The position numbers and the translations under genes were made by a program. Source: an uncultured delta proteobacterium (GTDB lineage Bacteria; Myxococcota_A; Polyangia; Polyangiales; B10-G4). Taken from it: a DNA stretch of 64,000 nt. Positions 21,872-31,075 of this stretch are shown here, in pieces. Position 1 is the stretch's first letter. Every line of letters starts with the position of its first letter. Below the pieces are notes generated by a model. That model saw nothing but the letters and a program-made list of their open reading frames with translations, did not search any database and was not told the DNA's origin. The stretch is taken from the NCBI GenBank assembly GCA_963727445.1, contig CAVSGI010000021.1:288001-352000 (forward strand), in the 5' to 3' direction.

Positions 21872-22914
21872 GGCGACCGGTCCTCATCGCGACCCTGTGG
21901 GCGATCGCGTTCACGGCGATCGCTCTATCGGCGACCGCGCAGACGGTGGAGCCCCGGGTGACCTCCGAGGTCCTGCCCTCGGTCTTGATGCGGCAGACCC
22001 ACCGGGGCGCGCTCCTCGCGGCGTACAGGCATGGGCACCAGCGCTTTCTCGGCTCGAACCTCGACCAGGACGTCATCCTTCGGTACCTCGAGGGCGCTCG
22101 CCCGATTCGTTTCAAGCCGGTCGGCTCGACCTCGATCGTCTACGAGATGGTTCTCGACGGCCCCGTGAACGCCGCTTTCAAGCCCGGCAGCCGACACCGG
22201 CCCGGCGGCGCGATCGCGGAGGTCGCGGCGTACCGAATCGCGCGCCTTCTCGGAATGGACAACGTGCCGCCGGCGGTCACGCGCTGGGTCCGGCGGGACG
22301 ACATTCAGAGCCGTCTCCATCCGGACTATGCCGACGCCTGGGACGAGATCGTCGATTGGACGCTCTGGGACGACCAGGGGCGGGCGGCCGGCGCCGCGAT
22401 CTACTGGGTGCCGGAGATGCGCAGCCTCGGGCTCGAGAGCGATTCCAGCATTCGCCGCTGGACGCGGCGACTGAAGCAGGGCGGTCCCGCCATCCAAGAC
22501 GACGAGCGGGCGATGTACACGGACCTGAGCCGCATGCTGGTCCTCGACTATCTCATCGGTAACTGGGATCGCTGGAGCGGCGGTAATGCGCAGGGGATGC
22601 CGGACGGCAGTCGACTCTTCACGCGCGATCACGACATGGCGTTCGGCTCGCCCCTCGCCGCCAACCTCCATCGCCGCGTCTTCGACCACCTGCTGAGGGC
22701 CGAGCACTTCTCGCGGTCCCAGATCGACCGGTTGCTCGCGATGAACGAGCCCGCGCTGCGCACGGAGCTGCGTCAGGATCCGGGGGCTGCGAGCGGCATG
22801 ACCCTCGACGACGGTCAGATCGCGGGCGTGATGGATCGGCGGCGCGCGGTGATCTCCTACGTCGTAGCCCTCATCGACCAATACGGTGAGGATCGCGTGC
22901 TCAGCCTGCCCTAG
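21868..22914 (+). CDS. Secreted atypical kinase, Fam20/Four-jointed-like
   Basis: Signal peptide; AAFKP, AEVAAYRIARLLGMDNVPPAVTR, DYLIGNWDRW, DHDMAF. Confidence 0.65.
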   Translation: MRRPVLIATLWAIAFTAIALSATAQTVEPRVTSEVLPSVLMRQTHRGALLAAYRHGHQRFLGSNLDQDVILRYLEGARPIRFKPVGSTSIVYEMVLDGPVNAAFKPGSRHRPGGAIAEVAAYRIARLLGMDNVPPAVTRWVRRDDIQSRLHPDYADAWDEIVDWTLWDDQGRAAGAAIYWVPEMRSLGLESDSSIRRWTRRLKQGGPAIQDDERAMYTDLSRMLVLDYLIGNWDRWSGGNAQGMPDGSRLFTRDHDMAFGSPLAANLHRRVFDHLLRAEHFSRSQIDRLLAMNEPALRTELRQDPGAASGMTLDDGQIAGVMDRRRAVISYVVALIDQYGEDRVLSLP

Positions 22915-23096
22915 TGCCTGATCCACGAGTCTCGAGGGGGCCCTCGCTCGTTCCTCGGCCGCCTCGCGGCGTCCGGAAACCTCGAATGTGCGCTGCACGT
23001 CCATCGGTTTCCGTCCTTGCGAGGCGACCGAGGTCCGTCGCGATCATCCCCTCGAGACTTATGAATCAGGCACTAGACGGAGTATCCTCCTGCCCC

Positions 23097-23429
23097 ATGG
23101 CGGCCTGGGAGACGCTCCTCGCGGCGGTGGGCGGATTGGTCCTTGGCTTCGGCTTGGGGCTCTTCTTCGGCCACCGTTCCGAGCGTAGCCAGGCCAAGAA
23201 GATGCGGCGCATCAAGGCGCGCCTGAGGGCCTCGGTTCTGCCCATCCTCGAAGGGCGCGCACAGCAGCTCGGTCTGCCGCGAGAGAAGCGCGGATACGAC
23301 ACGGAGGATCCGCTGGAGGTCGCCGTCGACCTGTCGAACTCGATCATCCAGTATCAGGAGGAGCAGAACCTCGCCTTCTCCGATACGGTGAGGCTCGACA
23401 AGGTGGAGCTGGACGAGGTGGAGTCGTGA
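23097..23429 (+). CDS. Small membrane-anchored hypothetical protein
   Basis: N-terminal TM; GTGA overlap with downstream kinase. Confidence 0.6.
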   Translation: MAAWETLLAAVGGLVLGFGLGLFFGHRSERSQAKKMRRIKARLRASVLPILEGRAQQLGLPREKRGYDTEDPLEVAVDLSNSIIQYQEEQNLAFSDTVRLDKVELDEVES

Positions 23430-24100
23430 GCGACAAGGCGAAGCAGATCGGGGAGCTGCTCGGTCTGATCATCCACGACCTCAGAAACCCGGCGGCGACC
23501 ATCGCGGCCAACACGGCCTTCGTCAAAGAGGTGCTTCCCGCCGGCGACGAGGATCTCGCCGAGAGCCTCGCGGATGTCGAGCAGGCGCTCGACGATCTGT
23601 TGCGAGGACTCGAGCAGGTGGTGTGGATCGGTCGATGGCTCTCCGATGAGAAGGCCGTGGGGAACATCCAGGACGGCGACGTCTGCGCGGCCCTCGAGTC
23701 GCTTCCCCAGCCTTCCGAGGGAATGAGCCTGCGCGTCGAGTGCGCCCAGAACCCGCTGCGTGCGCGCGGCGGCGCGATGATCCGGCCCCTCGTCGAGGTG
23801 ATGGTGGCGAACTCCGTGCAGTACGCGCGGCGGGGCGAGATCGTGGTGCGCGTCGAGAAGCGTGACGACGAGGTGTGGGTCTCCGTGGTGGACGGCGGCC
23901 CGGCCGTCGCTCCCGAGCTTCGCGAGTCGTGCTTCACCCTGGAGGGGCAGAAGTCGCTCAAGGGACGACCGGACGGGCGCTACGGGCGCGCGCTCGGGCT
24001 CTTCGCGGCTCGTGTCTACGCCGAGAGCATCGGGGGCCGGATCGAGGCTGACGGCGAGGACGGCGCCGCCATTCTGAGGGTGCGCTTGTCCGCGGCCTAG
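23426..24100 (+). CDS. Sensor-less histidine kinase (HisKA + HATPase)
   Basis: HDLRNP at residue ~16; N-box VANSVQY, DGGP, degenerate G2 GRALGL. Confidence 0.75.
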   Translation: MSDKAKQIGELLGLIIHDLRNPAATIAANTAFVKEVLPAGDEDLAESLADVEQALDDLLRGLEQVVWIGRWLSDEKAVGNIQDGDVCAALESLPQPSEGMSLRVECAQNPLRARGGAMIRPLVEVMVANSVQYARRGEIVVRVEKRDDEVWVSVVDGGPAVAPELRESCFTLEGQKSLKGRPDGRYGRALGLFAARVYAESIGGRIEADGEDGAAILRVRLSAA

Positions 24101-24315
24101 AGCAGCTCGAAGGATTGGACTTCGATCGCGTCGCCGACCATGCCGATGGTCACTTCCGCCCCTTTTCGCGTCCCGCGAACCCGGGCTTTCTTGCCGTCGG
24201 AGCGGAGCTCGGCGGGGGGATCGACCAACTCGATGGTGGATCCGTCGTCGGTGACCAGGGCCCAGAGGCCGCCTTCGAGCCCCAGCTTGCGAATCGTTCC
24301 GGTGAATTCGGCCAT
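24097..24315 (-). CDS. Small beta-rich hypothetical protein (DUF5818-like)
   Basis: LEGGLWAL..DDG..EL..ARVRG..M.G..IEV. Confidence 0.55.
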   Translation of the reverse strand: MAEFTGTIRKLGLEGGLWALVTDDGSTIELVDPPAELRSDGKKARVRGTRKGAEVTIGMVGDAIEVQSFELL

Positions 24316-24383
24316 CAGGGGGCCAGCATAAGCACTGCTATCGCGCTTGACATCCCCCGCCGTCGGGCGCGAAGGATAGCGTC

Positions 24384-24779
24384 ATGAAGCTGGGGGAGGT
24401 GGAAGCGCATTTGAAAGAGCTCGGCTGGGCCCCCGAAGCCCACGGCAACTCCACCCTCCGCAGCGAGCACGCGTCGGAGGAGGGGCCGATCGTGGTGTAC
24501 GTGCGGGTGAGCGACGAGTGGCTCATCGCCTCCGTGGTCCCCTTCCTCGCCACCCGCGGGAACAACTCCTTCGAGCTGAGCCGTTGGCTCCTCCGACAGA
24601 ACCGCGACATGAACCAGGCGAAGTTCGCCTATGACGAGGACGGCGACGTGGTGCTCACCCTCGAGGTGCCCACCGAGTCGCTCGATCCTGCCGAGCTCGA
24701 CTCCGCGCTGGAGGAGCTGATCAAGCGGACCGTGCAGCACCGGGGAACACTGCGCGCGGCCGCCGAAGCCGCACGCTGA
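24384..24779 (+). CDS. YbjN/T3S-chaperone-like protein
   Basis: LL..N......KFAYDEDGDVVL..E pattern. Confidence 0.65.
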   Translation: MKLGEVEAHLKELGWAPEAHGNSTLRSEHASEEGPIVVYVRVSDEWLIASVVPFLATRGNNSFELSRWLLRQNRDMNQAKFAYDEDGDVVLTLEVPTESLDPAELDSALEELIKRTVQHRGTLRAAAEAAR

Positions 24780-24818
24780 AGCGCCTGATCCCACTCGCTC
24801 GTCGTGCTGAGCGCTGAG

Positions 24819-26147
24819 TCAGTCGTCGTCGCCGGCCTCGCCGCGGAGTCGGGCGAGCTTTTCGCGGATGCGTGCTTCGAGGCCGCTGTCCCGGGGCTCG
24901 TAGTACCGGCGGCCAGCGAGCGCTTCCGGCAGGTACGTAGCGCCTTCGGCGTAGCCGCCTTCGTCGTGAGGGTAGCGGTACCCCTCACCGTAGCCCCACT
25001 CCTTCATCGACTTGGTGGCCGCGTTGCGCAGCGACATGGGGACGGGGAGGGCGCCGCGCTGTCGCACGTCTTCACGCGCCGCGACGAAGGCGCGGTAGCT
25101 CGCGTTCGATTTCGGCGCGCAAGCGAGGTAGGTGCATGCCTGCGCCATCGCGTGCAGCCCCTCCGGCATCCCCAGGCGACGGAACGCCTCGTCGGCGGCG
25201 GTGGCCACCATGAGCGCGCGCGGGTCGGCGTTGCCCACGTCCTCGGAGGCGAAGATGATCAGGCGCCGTAGGATGAAGAGTGGATCGTCGCCGGCCTCGA
25301 CCATACGCATCATCCAGTAGATCGCGGCGTCGGGGTCCGTTCCGCGCATGGATTTGATGAGGGCGCTGACCACGTTGTAGTGCTCTTCGCCGCTCTTGTC
25401 GTAGAGGAGGGTCTTGTCGCTGAGCGCCTCCGTGACGGCTTCGAGGGTGAGCTTCTTGTCCTCGCTCTTGGCGTGGGCGACCGCGAGCTCCAGCACGTCG
25501 AGCGCCCTTCGCGCGTCGCCCCGCGCACCCTCCGCGATCGCCTCGAGCACGTCGGTCTCCGTGTCGAGCATGGCCTCGGTCGCGCCGAGGCCTCGCTCAG
25601 TGTCCGTGAGCGCGCGCCGTAGAAGAGTCGTCAGATCCTCCGTCGACAACGGCTCGAGGCGAAAGACGCGGGCGCGCGACAAGAGCGCGGCGTTGACCGC
25701 GAAGGACGGGTTCTCGGTGGTCGCGCCGATCAGCACCACCGTGCCCTTCTCCACGTGCGGAAGGAGCGCGTCCTGTTGTGCCTTGTTGAAGCGATGGATC
25801 TCGTCGACGAAGAGGATGGTGCGCTTGCCGTAGATGCGTTTCTGATCTGCGGCTTCACCGATCAGCTTGCGAAGCGCAGGCACGCCGCCGAGCACCGCGC
25901 TGAACGGTTCGAAGCGCGCCGACGTTTCGTTCGCGACGACGCGCGCGATGGTGGTCTTTCCGGTACCGGGCGGACCCCACAGGATGATCGATGGAACGCG
26001 ATCGTCGCGAATGGCGCGCGCGAGGAGCTTGTTGTCCGAGAGCAGATGCCTCTGGCCGACGATTTCTTCGAGTCGGCGCGGACGCATTCGATCCGCGAGG
26101 GGCTTTCCCTCCGTATCTCTTTCAGCGCGATGTTCGAAGAGGTCCAT
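24819..26147 (-). CDS. rarA: Replication-associated recombination protein A (MgsA)
   Basis: [53 protein letters not shown]. Confidence 0.95.
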   Translation of the reverse strand: MDLFEHRAERDTEGKPLADRMRPRRLEEIVGQRHLLSDNKLLARAIRDDRVPSIILWGPPGTGKTTIARVVANETSARFEPFSAVLGGVPALRKLIGEAADQKRIYGKRTILFVDEIHRFNKAQQDALLPHVEKGTVVLIGATTENPSFAVNAALLSRARVFRLEPLSTEDLTTLLRRALTDTERGLGATEAMLDTETDVLEAIAEGARGDARRALDVLELAVAHAKSEDKKLTLEAVTEALSDKTLLYDKSGEEHYNVVSALIKSMRGTDPDAAIYWMMRMVEAGDDPLFILRRLIIFASEDVGNADPRALMVATAADEAFRRLGMPEGLHAMAQACTYLACAPKSNASYRAFVAAREDVRQRGALPVPMSLRNAATKSMKEWGYGEGYRYPHDEGGYAEGATYLPEALAGRRYYEPRDSGLEARIREKLARLRGEAGDDD

Positions 26148-26255
26148 GAAAACGTCCCTGAATTGATGCGCAAACCAAGGCCTACCACGACACGAATGTC
26201 CGACCTCTGACATACGAATGAACCAAAAGCCCTGTGCATTCGTCAGATCCTTTCG

Positions 26256-26271
26256 TGGCACGTCCGTTGCT
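26256..26271 (+). promoter_or_regulatory. Sigma54 -24/-12 promoter of the PilZ gene
   Basis: TGGCAC-gtccg-TTGCT matches the consensus, about 50 nt upstream of ATG 26320. Confidence 0.75.
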
Positions 26272-26319
26272 CGAATCCACCCTGAGCGGAATACCCGAAC
26301 CGCTCGAAAGTGAGGCCTG

Positions 26320-26787
26320 ATGTTCGACCTCCTCGAATCCGTTTACGAGTATCAGCGCCTCGCCGCGAAGGAAGAGGCGCTGGACGACGAGGAGAGGGTC
26401 AGGCTCATGGGCCTGAAGACGCTCCTCGAAGGCGCGTACGTGGGCGGTGAGTCGACACGCGACAAGTCACGCAAGTCCACGCCCCTGCCCGTGCAGTTCA
26501 CGGTGCCCGGCGGCTTCGCCCGCGGCCAGATGCACAGCATCTCGCGCCGAGGCGTCGCGGTTGTCGGCGCCAAGGGCGTCGCTCGTGGAACGCGGACCGT
26601 CCTGCGCGTCGCCAACCCCCTCAAGGGCGTCGAGTACACCTTCCCCGGAACGGTGGTCTGGAACCGGGATCGGGTCCTCGGCATCGCCTTCGATGGCGTC
26701 CCGTCGATCAACCCCTACCTCGCCGCGGCCACTTCTCCCTGGCGGAGGCCCTTCTTCGGTGTGATCGCCGAGCCTCTCGTCGCCTGA
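26320..26787 (+). CDS. PilZ-domain-like protein
   Basis: RDKSR..P..F, SISRRGVAV, FPGTVVW..LGIAF. Confidence 0.65.
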   Translation: MFDLLESVYEYQRLAAKEEALDDEERVRLMGLKTLLEGAYVGGESTRDKSRKSTPLPVQFTVPGGFARGQMHSISRRGVAVVGAKGVARGTRTVLRVANPLKGVEYTFPGTVVWNRDRVLGIAFDGVPSINPYLAAATSPWRRPFFGVIAEPLVA

Positions 26788-27016
26788 GACCAGAACGGGA
26801 GATGCTCCTGTACCGGAGCATGGAGCGCTCCATGTTCCCGCGCCCGATGGGTGTCTCGCGAGATCAGAGGCCTTTCGCGGGCGCCATCGGCGGCATCTCG
26901 GTTGCAGAGTCCCCGGCCGGAGGCGCAACGAAGGAAAACAGCCTCCATCATCGGGAATGGGTTTCTCGAGCGGTCTGACCAAAAGCCGAGGGGGACCGGC
27001 GCACAGACCGTTTTTG

Positions 27017-27053
27017 GAGGGCCACGCGATTTCGGTCGCGTGGCCCTCTCTTT
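27017..27053. terminator. Intrinsic terminator hairpin between convergent genes
   Basis: gagggccacgcga-tttcgg-tcgcgtggccctc followed by tcttt. Confidence 0.75.
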
Positions 27054-27057
27054 ATGT

Positions 27058-27633
27058 TCAGTCGTCGATCCGCTCGTGCACCGACCGCTCGTTACTGACG
27101 GCGCGTCCGAGGATCTCGATCCACTCCGGGCGGCTGATCAACCCGTGGAGCTGCACGAAGACGTGGTCGAGGTGCGCCTCGACGCCGCGGATCTGCATGC
27201 GTGCACCCGCGTCGCAACGCCCGAGCGAGTTCTCGAGCGCCAGGATCTCGATCGGACGGCTGGGCAATGCCCGAAGCTCGATCTGCACCCAGGTCCCCTC
27301 GGCCGACGGCGGCTGCACCCGTTGGCTCGCGATGCCATACGCGCGCGGCTCGCCGAAGCTCAGCCCCTGAAGGGTCACGGGGGTGTTCGCCAGCATGCGC
27401 CAGTAGGGGAAGACCGGCGCGTCTCCGCGCGGCCGACACCGTTCGTCGAGCCGGATGGCGAAATCCACGCGGTTACGGTTCTCACTCTTCGCGATGTAGA
27501 AGATCGTGCGCACGTCGTGGGGGCCGAAGGTCGGCGCGTCGTCCGCCGAAGCCGGCGGGGTCGCGACGGCGAGAAGAGCCAGGAGCACAGCGAGGGTGAG
27601 GGCGCGCGTCGCGGGTCGTCGCGTTGTCGGCAC
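27058..27633 (-). CDS. Secreted DUF4833-like protein
   Basis: Signal peptide; FYIAKSENRNRV, PYW, AYGI motifs. Confidence 0.6.
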   Translation of the reverse strand: MPTTRRPATRALTLAVLLALLAVATPPASADDAPTFGPHDVRTIFYIAKSENRNRVDFAIRLDERCRPRGDAPVFPYWRMLANTPVTLQGLSFGEPRAYGIASQRVQPPSAEGTWVQIELRALPSRPIEILALENSLGRCDAGARMQIRGVEAHLDHVFVQLHGLISRPEWIEILGRAVSNERSVHERIDD

Positions 27634-27740
27634 GGCACCACCTTACGGCACTTCTGGCTGCTGTGCTGGCCACCTGCCGCCCGGATTGCAGGGGAAATCG
27701 GCCGAACCCAGGCGGCATGGCACGTGCTGTTCGTCGACCG

Positions 27741-29072
27741 GTGCGCCTCCATCTCCTCCTGCTTCTCTCGTCGCTCACGACGGCATGCGTCGGTGCCGCC
27801 GAGCCGCCGTCTCCGCGCGTCTCGGGCGGCGGCAAGGCGGACGAGGACGGCGCGCAGATCCTCGAAGGCGTGCTCACCACCGGGGTGCGCCTCGACCTCG
27901 CGCGCCTCGAAGGGCGCGCGGTCGTGCGGCATGCGCCAGCGGAGGAGATCCGCCTCGAGGCGCCTGGGCTCACCATCGCGCGGGTGCTCGGCGAAGACGG
28001 CGAAGAGATCGCGGTGGAGCCGGACGATGGCGGGACTCTGGTCCTCGACGGCGACTCGGAGGGGGTCAACACCTTCACCTTCGAATACACGTTCTCGGCC
28101 AAGCCCCACGGCACCCTCGAGGGGTGGGTCGCCGAGGACGGCGTGTCGTTCACGTGGCCGTACTTCTGCGGCAACCTCTTCCCCTGCGTCTCGAAGCCCA
28201 GCGACGGCGCGCGCTTCGAGCTCGAGCTCGCGGGCATCCCCGAGGGTACGGTCGCCATCTATCCGACGGCGATCCCCAGCGACGCCCCGGCATACATGCT
28301 CGCTTTCGCCGTCGGTGATTACGAGCACGAGCTCCTCGGCACGACCCCCGCCGGCACCGACGTGAGCGTCTACTACTATCGGGGCGAAGCCGAAGCGGCG
28401 CACGAAGGCACGGCGCTCCTGGTTTCGGCCTTCGCGTTCCTCGAGGAGACCTACGGACCGTATCTCTTCGGCGATGACGTCGCTTCGGTCTCCGCCGATT
28501 GGGGACCGGGGGACTACGGCGGGATGGAGCATCATCCCTACTTCCACGTCGGCCGTGGCTCGATGCGGGACCGCGTCACCCACGCCCACGAAGCCGCGCA
28601 CGGATGGTTCGGCGACGGCGTGCGCATCCGCTGCTGGGAGGACTTCGTCCTCTCCGAAGGCACCACCAGCTACCTGGCAGCGCGTGCCCTCGCCGCCGCG
28701 GGCGGTGAGGAGGTCGAAGCCGAGGTGTGGGCCGGGTACGAGCAGCGTCTCCGAGACGCCGTCGCCTACGGCGACACCGAAGCGTGGCCGGGCGGGGGGA
28801 CCGAAGGCTGCGACGAGATCGACATCCTCACCCACCCCGTGTGGTCGAGCATTCCGTACATGAAGGGCGCCTTCTTCCTGCGCGCGGTGGAGCGCGAGGT
28901 GGGGGCCGAGGCGCTCGATGGCGTGCTCGCCAGCTTCTACGCCGAGCACGGAGGCCGCGAGGCGGCTTCGGTGTCGGATCTCTTGCGCGCCATCGACGAC
29001 GGCACCGGCTTCGACCCCATGCCCCTCGCTCGGGCGTGGCTCCTCGGCCGGGGCATTCCCCCACTGCCCTGA
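27741..29072 (+). CDS. M1-family zinc aminopeptidase (lipoprotein)
   Basis: GGMEH, HEAAH-x18-E, Y.KGA; lipobox-like TTAC. Confidence 0.9.
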   Translation: MRLHLLLLLSSLTTACVGAAEPPSPRVSGGGKADEDGAQILEGVLTTGVRLDLARLEGRAVVRHAPAEEIRLEAPGLTIARVLGEDGEEIAVEPDDGGTLVLDGDSEGVNTFTFEYTFSAKPHGTLEGWVAEDGVSFTWPYFCGNLFPCVSKPSDGARFELELAGIPEGTVAIYPTAIPSDAPAYMLAFAVGDYEHELLGTTPAGTDVSVYYYRGEAEAAHEGTALLVSAFAFLEETYGPYLFGDDVASVSADWGPGDYGGMEHHPYFHVGRGSMRDRVTHAHEAAHGWFGDGVRIRCWEDFVLSEGTTSYLAARALAAAGGEEVEAEVWAGYEQRLRDAVAYGDTEAWPGGGTEGCDEIDILTHPVWSSIPYMKGAFFLRAVEREVGAEALDGVLASFYAEHGGREAASVSDLLRAIDDGTGFDPMPLARAWLLGRGIPPLP

Positions 29073-29082
29073 GGCGCCGCGA

Positions 29083-29433
29083 TCAGCTCCAGCGGCCCAT
29101 CGCGCCGAGGTCGTGGACCTCGGTGAAGCCGCGCGACTTCAGGATGCGCTTGGCGCTGCCGCTTCGGGCGCCGCTCTGACAGTAGAGAACGATCGGGGCG
29201 TCGGTCTTGCCGAGGTCCGTCGCGCGCGTCGAGAGCTCGTTCAACGGGACGTTGATGGCGCCGTCGATGTGGCCGGCGCCGAATTCGCCAGGCGTGCGTA
29301 CGTCGACGAGCTTGGCGCCCATGTCCACGAGCTGCCGGGCGAGCGCCGGGGAGCACTTCCCCGCGAAGCTCCGATAGAAGAAGAAGAGGACAAAGGCGCC
29401 GACGGCGACGAGGAGAACGGTGTTGGGCTCCAT
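29083..29433 (-). CDS. Rhodanese-like protein
   Basis: DVRTPGEF..GHIDGA, YCQSGARS; N-terminal TM. Confidence 0.9.
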   Translation of the reverse strand: MEPNTVLLVAVGAFVLFFFYRSFAGKCSPALARQLVDMGAKLVDVRTPGEFGAGHIDGAINVPLNELSTRATDLGKTDAPIVLYCQSGARSGSAKRILKSRGFTEVHDLGAMGRWS

Positions 29434-29440
29434 GTCGTGC

Positions 29441-29839
29441 TCACTCCGCGGGTGGGGCGGTCTCCGCCTCGGCTTCGGCCTGTCGCTCTGCGATCTCCTT
29501 CTTCACCTCGTCCATGTCCAGCGCCTCGATCTGCTTGACGAGGTCGCGCAGCGCGGGCTCGGGGACGAGGCCGGCCTGGTTGAAGAGGAGCACGCCATCG
29601 CGGAAGGCCATCAGCGTCGGGATGGCTCGGATGCCGAAGCTCGCCGCGAGGACTTGCTCCGCCTCGGTGTCCACCTTGCCGAAGGTGATGTTCGGATGGT
29701 CCTCCGCCACCTTCTCGTAGATGGGAGAGAAGGTCCGACACGGGCCACACCAGCTGGCCCAGAAGTCGATGAGGAGGATGCCTTCCTCGGATTCGATGGC
29801 GCTCTTCACCATCTCGAGGTCGAGGTTTACTGTCGTCAT
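29441..29839 (-). CDS. Thioredoxin
   Basis: FWASWCGPC, IPTL. Confidence 0.92.
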   Translation of the reverse strand: MTTVNLDLEMVKSAIESEEGILLIDFWASWCGPCRTFSPIYEKVAEDHPNITFGKVDTEAEQVLAASFGIRAIPTLMAFRDGVLLFNQAGLVPEPALRDLVKQIEALDMDEVKKEIAERQAEAEAETAPPAE

Positions 29840-29964
29840 GGGCTGTTCCTAGTGCGATCGTCGTGCCACGTCGAGTGGCGCGAAATCGCTGGCGATCCGC
29901 CGTGCCGCCGGCGGTGCGGACGTTTCAAGTGCGTTTCAACACGTCGCCCGGGCAGGGGCACCTG

Positions 29965-31068
29965 CTAGCGAAGGATGCGTAGGCGCTTCGGTCCCTTGCC
30001 CGGGACCTCTTTGCCTCCGCCGCGGACGAAGTGCTCGAGCGCGATGCGCTGGGACAGAGCGTCCGCGATGTCCATGAACGTCTTGCCCGCGTTCGTGCCG
30101 GGGGCCGCCTGCACGATGGGCGTGCCCTCGTCGCCATGCTCCCGCACCGCCATCTCCATCGGCACCTGCCCGAGGAGCGGCGCGTCGGAGAAGCGCGCGA
30201 CCTTTTCGCCCCCGCCCGTGCCGAAGAGCTCGTGGCGCACGCCCGCCGAGTCGATGAAGTAGCTCATGTTCTCGACGACGCCCAGGATCGGGATGTTGAG
30301 GCGCTTGCACATGTTCACGCCCTTGTAGACATCCTGGAGCGCGACCTCCTGCGGCGTCGTCACCATCACGGCGCCGGTGACCTTGAGGCGCTGGGCCAGG
30401 GTCAGCGCGACGTCGCCCGTGCCCGGCGGCAGGTCGAGGATCAGGTAGTCGAGGTCACCCCAATCCACGTCGGCCAGGAACTGGTTGAGAGCGCCGTGAA
30501 GCATCGGACCACGCCAGACGATCGCGGTCTTCGGATCTTCCATCAGGAAGCCGATGCTCATCATCTTCACGCCGAAGCGCTCGAGGGGCTTGATGCGCTT
30601 GCCGTCCTCGGAGCGGGGATGGCCCTGGATGCCCATCATCGTGGGAATGGAGGGGCCGTAGATGTCGGCGTCGAGGAGCCCGACCGGCACGCCCATGCGC
30701 TTGAGCGCGAGGGTGAGGTTGACCGCCACCGTGCTCTTGCCGACACCGCCCTTGCCGCTCATCACCAGCACGATGTTCTTCACGCCCGGGATCGGGTCGT
30801 CGCCCGCGACGTCGCGCGTCGGCACCTGTAGATCCCAGGCGATTTCCACGTCGCTCGCCCCCACACCATCGAGCGCGCCGCGGATCCGCTCATCGACCGT
30901 GCGCTTCACCTCCTCGCTCGGCGACGCCAGCTGGGCGGTGAGCTCGACCTTGCCTCCGGCCACGCCCACGTCGCGGATCGTGCCGATCTCGAGCATCGGC
31001 TTGTCGAAGGTGGGATCGACGACGCCCTCGAGGGCCTTCGTCGCGGATTCGGTCGAGACTTCGCTCAT
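29965..31068 (-). CDS. apbC: Mrp/ApbC Fe-S cluster carrier ATPase
   Basis: SGKGGVGKST, DADIYGPS, WRGPM, DLPPGTGD, VTTPQ, ENMS. Confidence 0.92.
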   Translation of the reverse strand: MSEVSTESATKALEGVVDPTFDKPMLEIGTIRDVGVAGGKVELTAQLASPSEEVKRTVDERIRGALDGVGASDVEIAWDLQVPTRDVAGDDPIPGVKNIVLVMSGKGGVGKSTVAVNLTLALKRMGVPVGLLDADIYGPSIPTMMGIQGHPRSEDGKRIKPLERFGVKMMSIGFLMEDPKTAIVWRGPMLHGALNQFLADVDWGDLDYLILDLPPGTGDVALTLAQRLKVTGAVMVTTPQEVALQDVYKGVNMCKRLNIPILGVVENMSYFIDSAGVRHELFGTGGGEKVARFSDAPLLGQVPMEMAVREHGDEGTPIVQAAPGTNAGKTFMDIADALSQRIALEHFVRGGGKEVPGKGPKRLRILR

Positions 31069-31075
31069 GTTGTTC

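Noticed and set aside
25600..26320. Slightly lower GC in the 5' part of rarA as an integration scar
   Set aside because: No integrase, att repeat or foreign genes; the shift is mild and could not be quantified
27718..27735. Sigma54 promoter at tggcacgtgctgttcg
   Set aside because: Lacks the GC at -12
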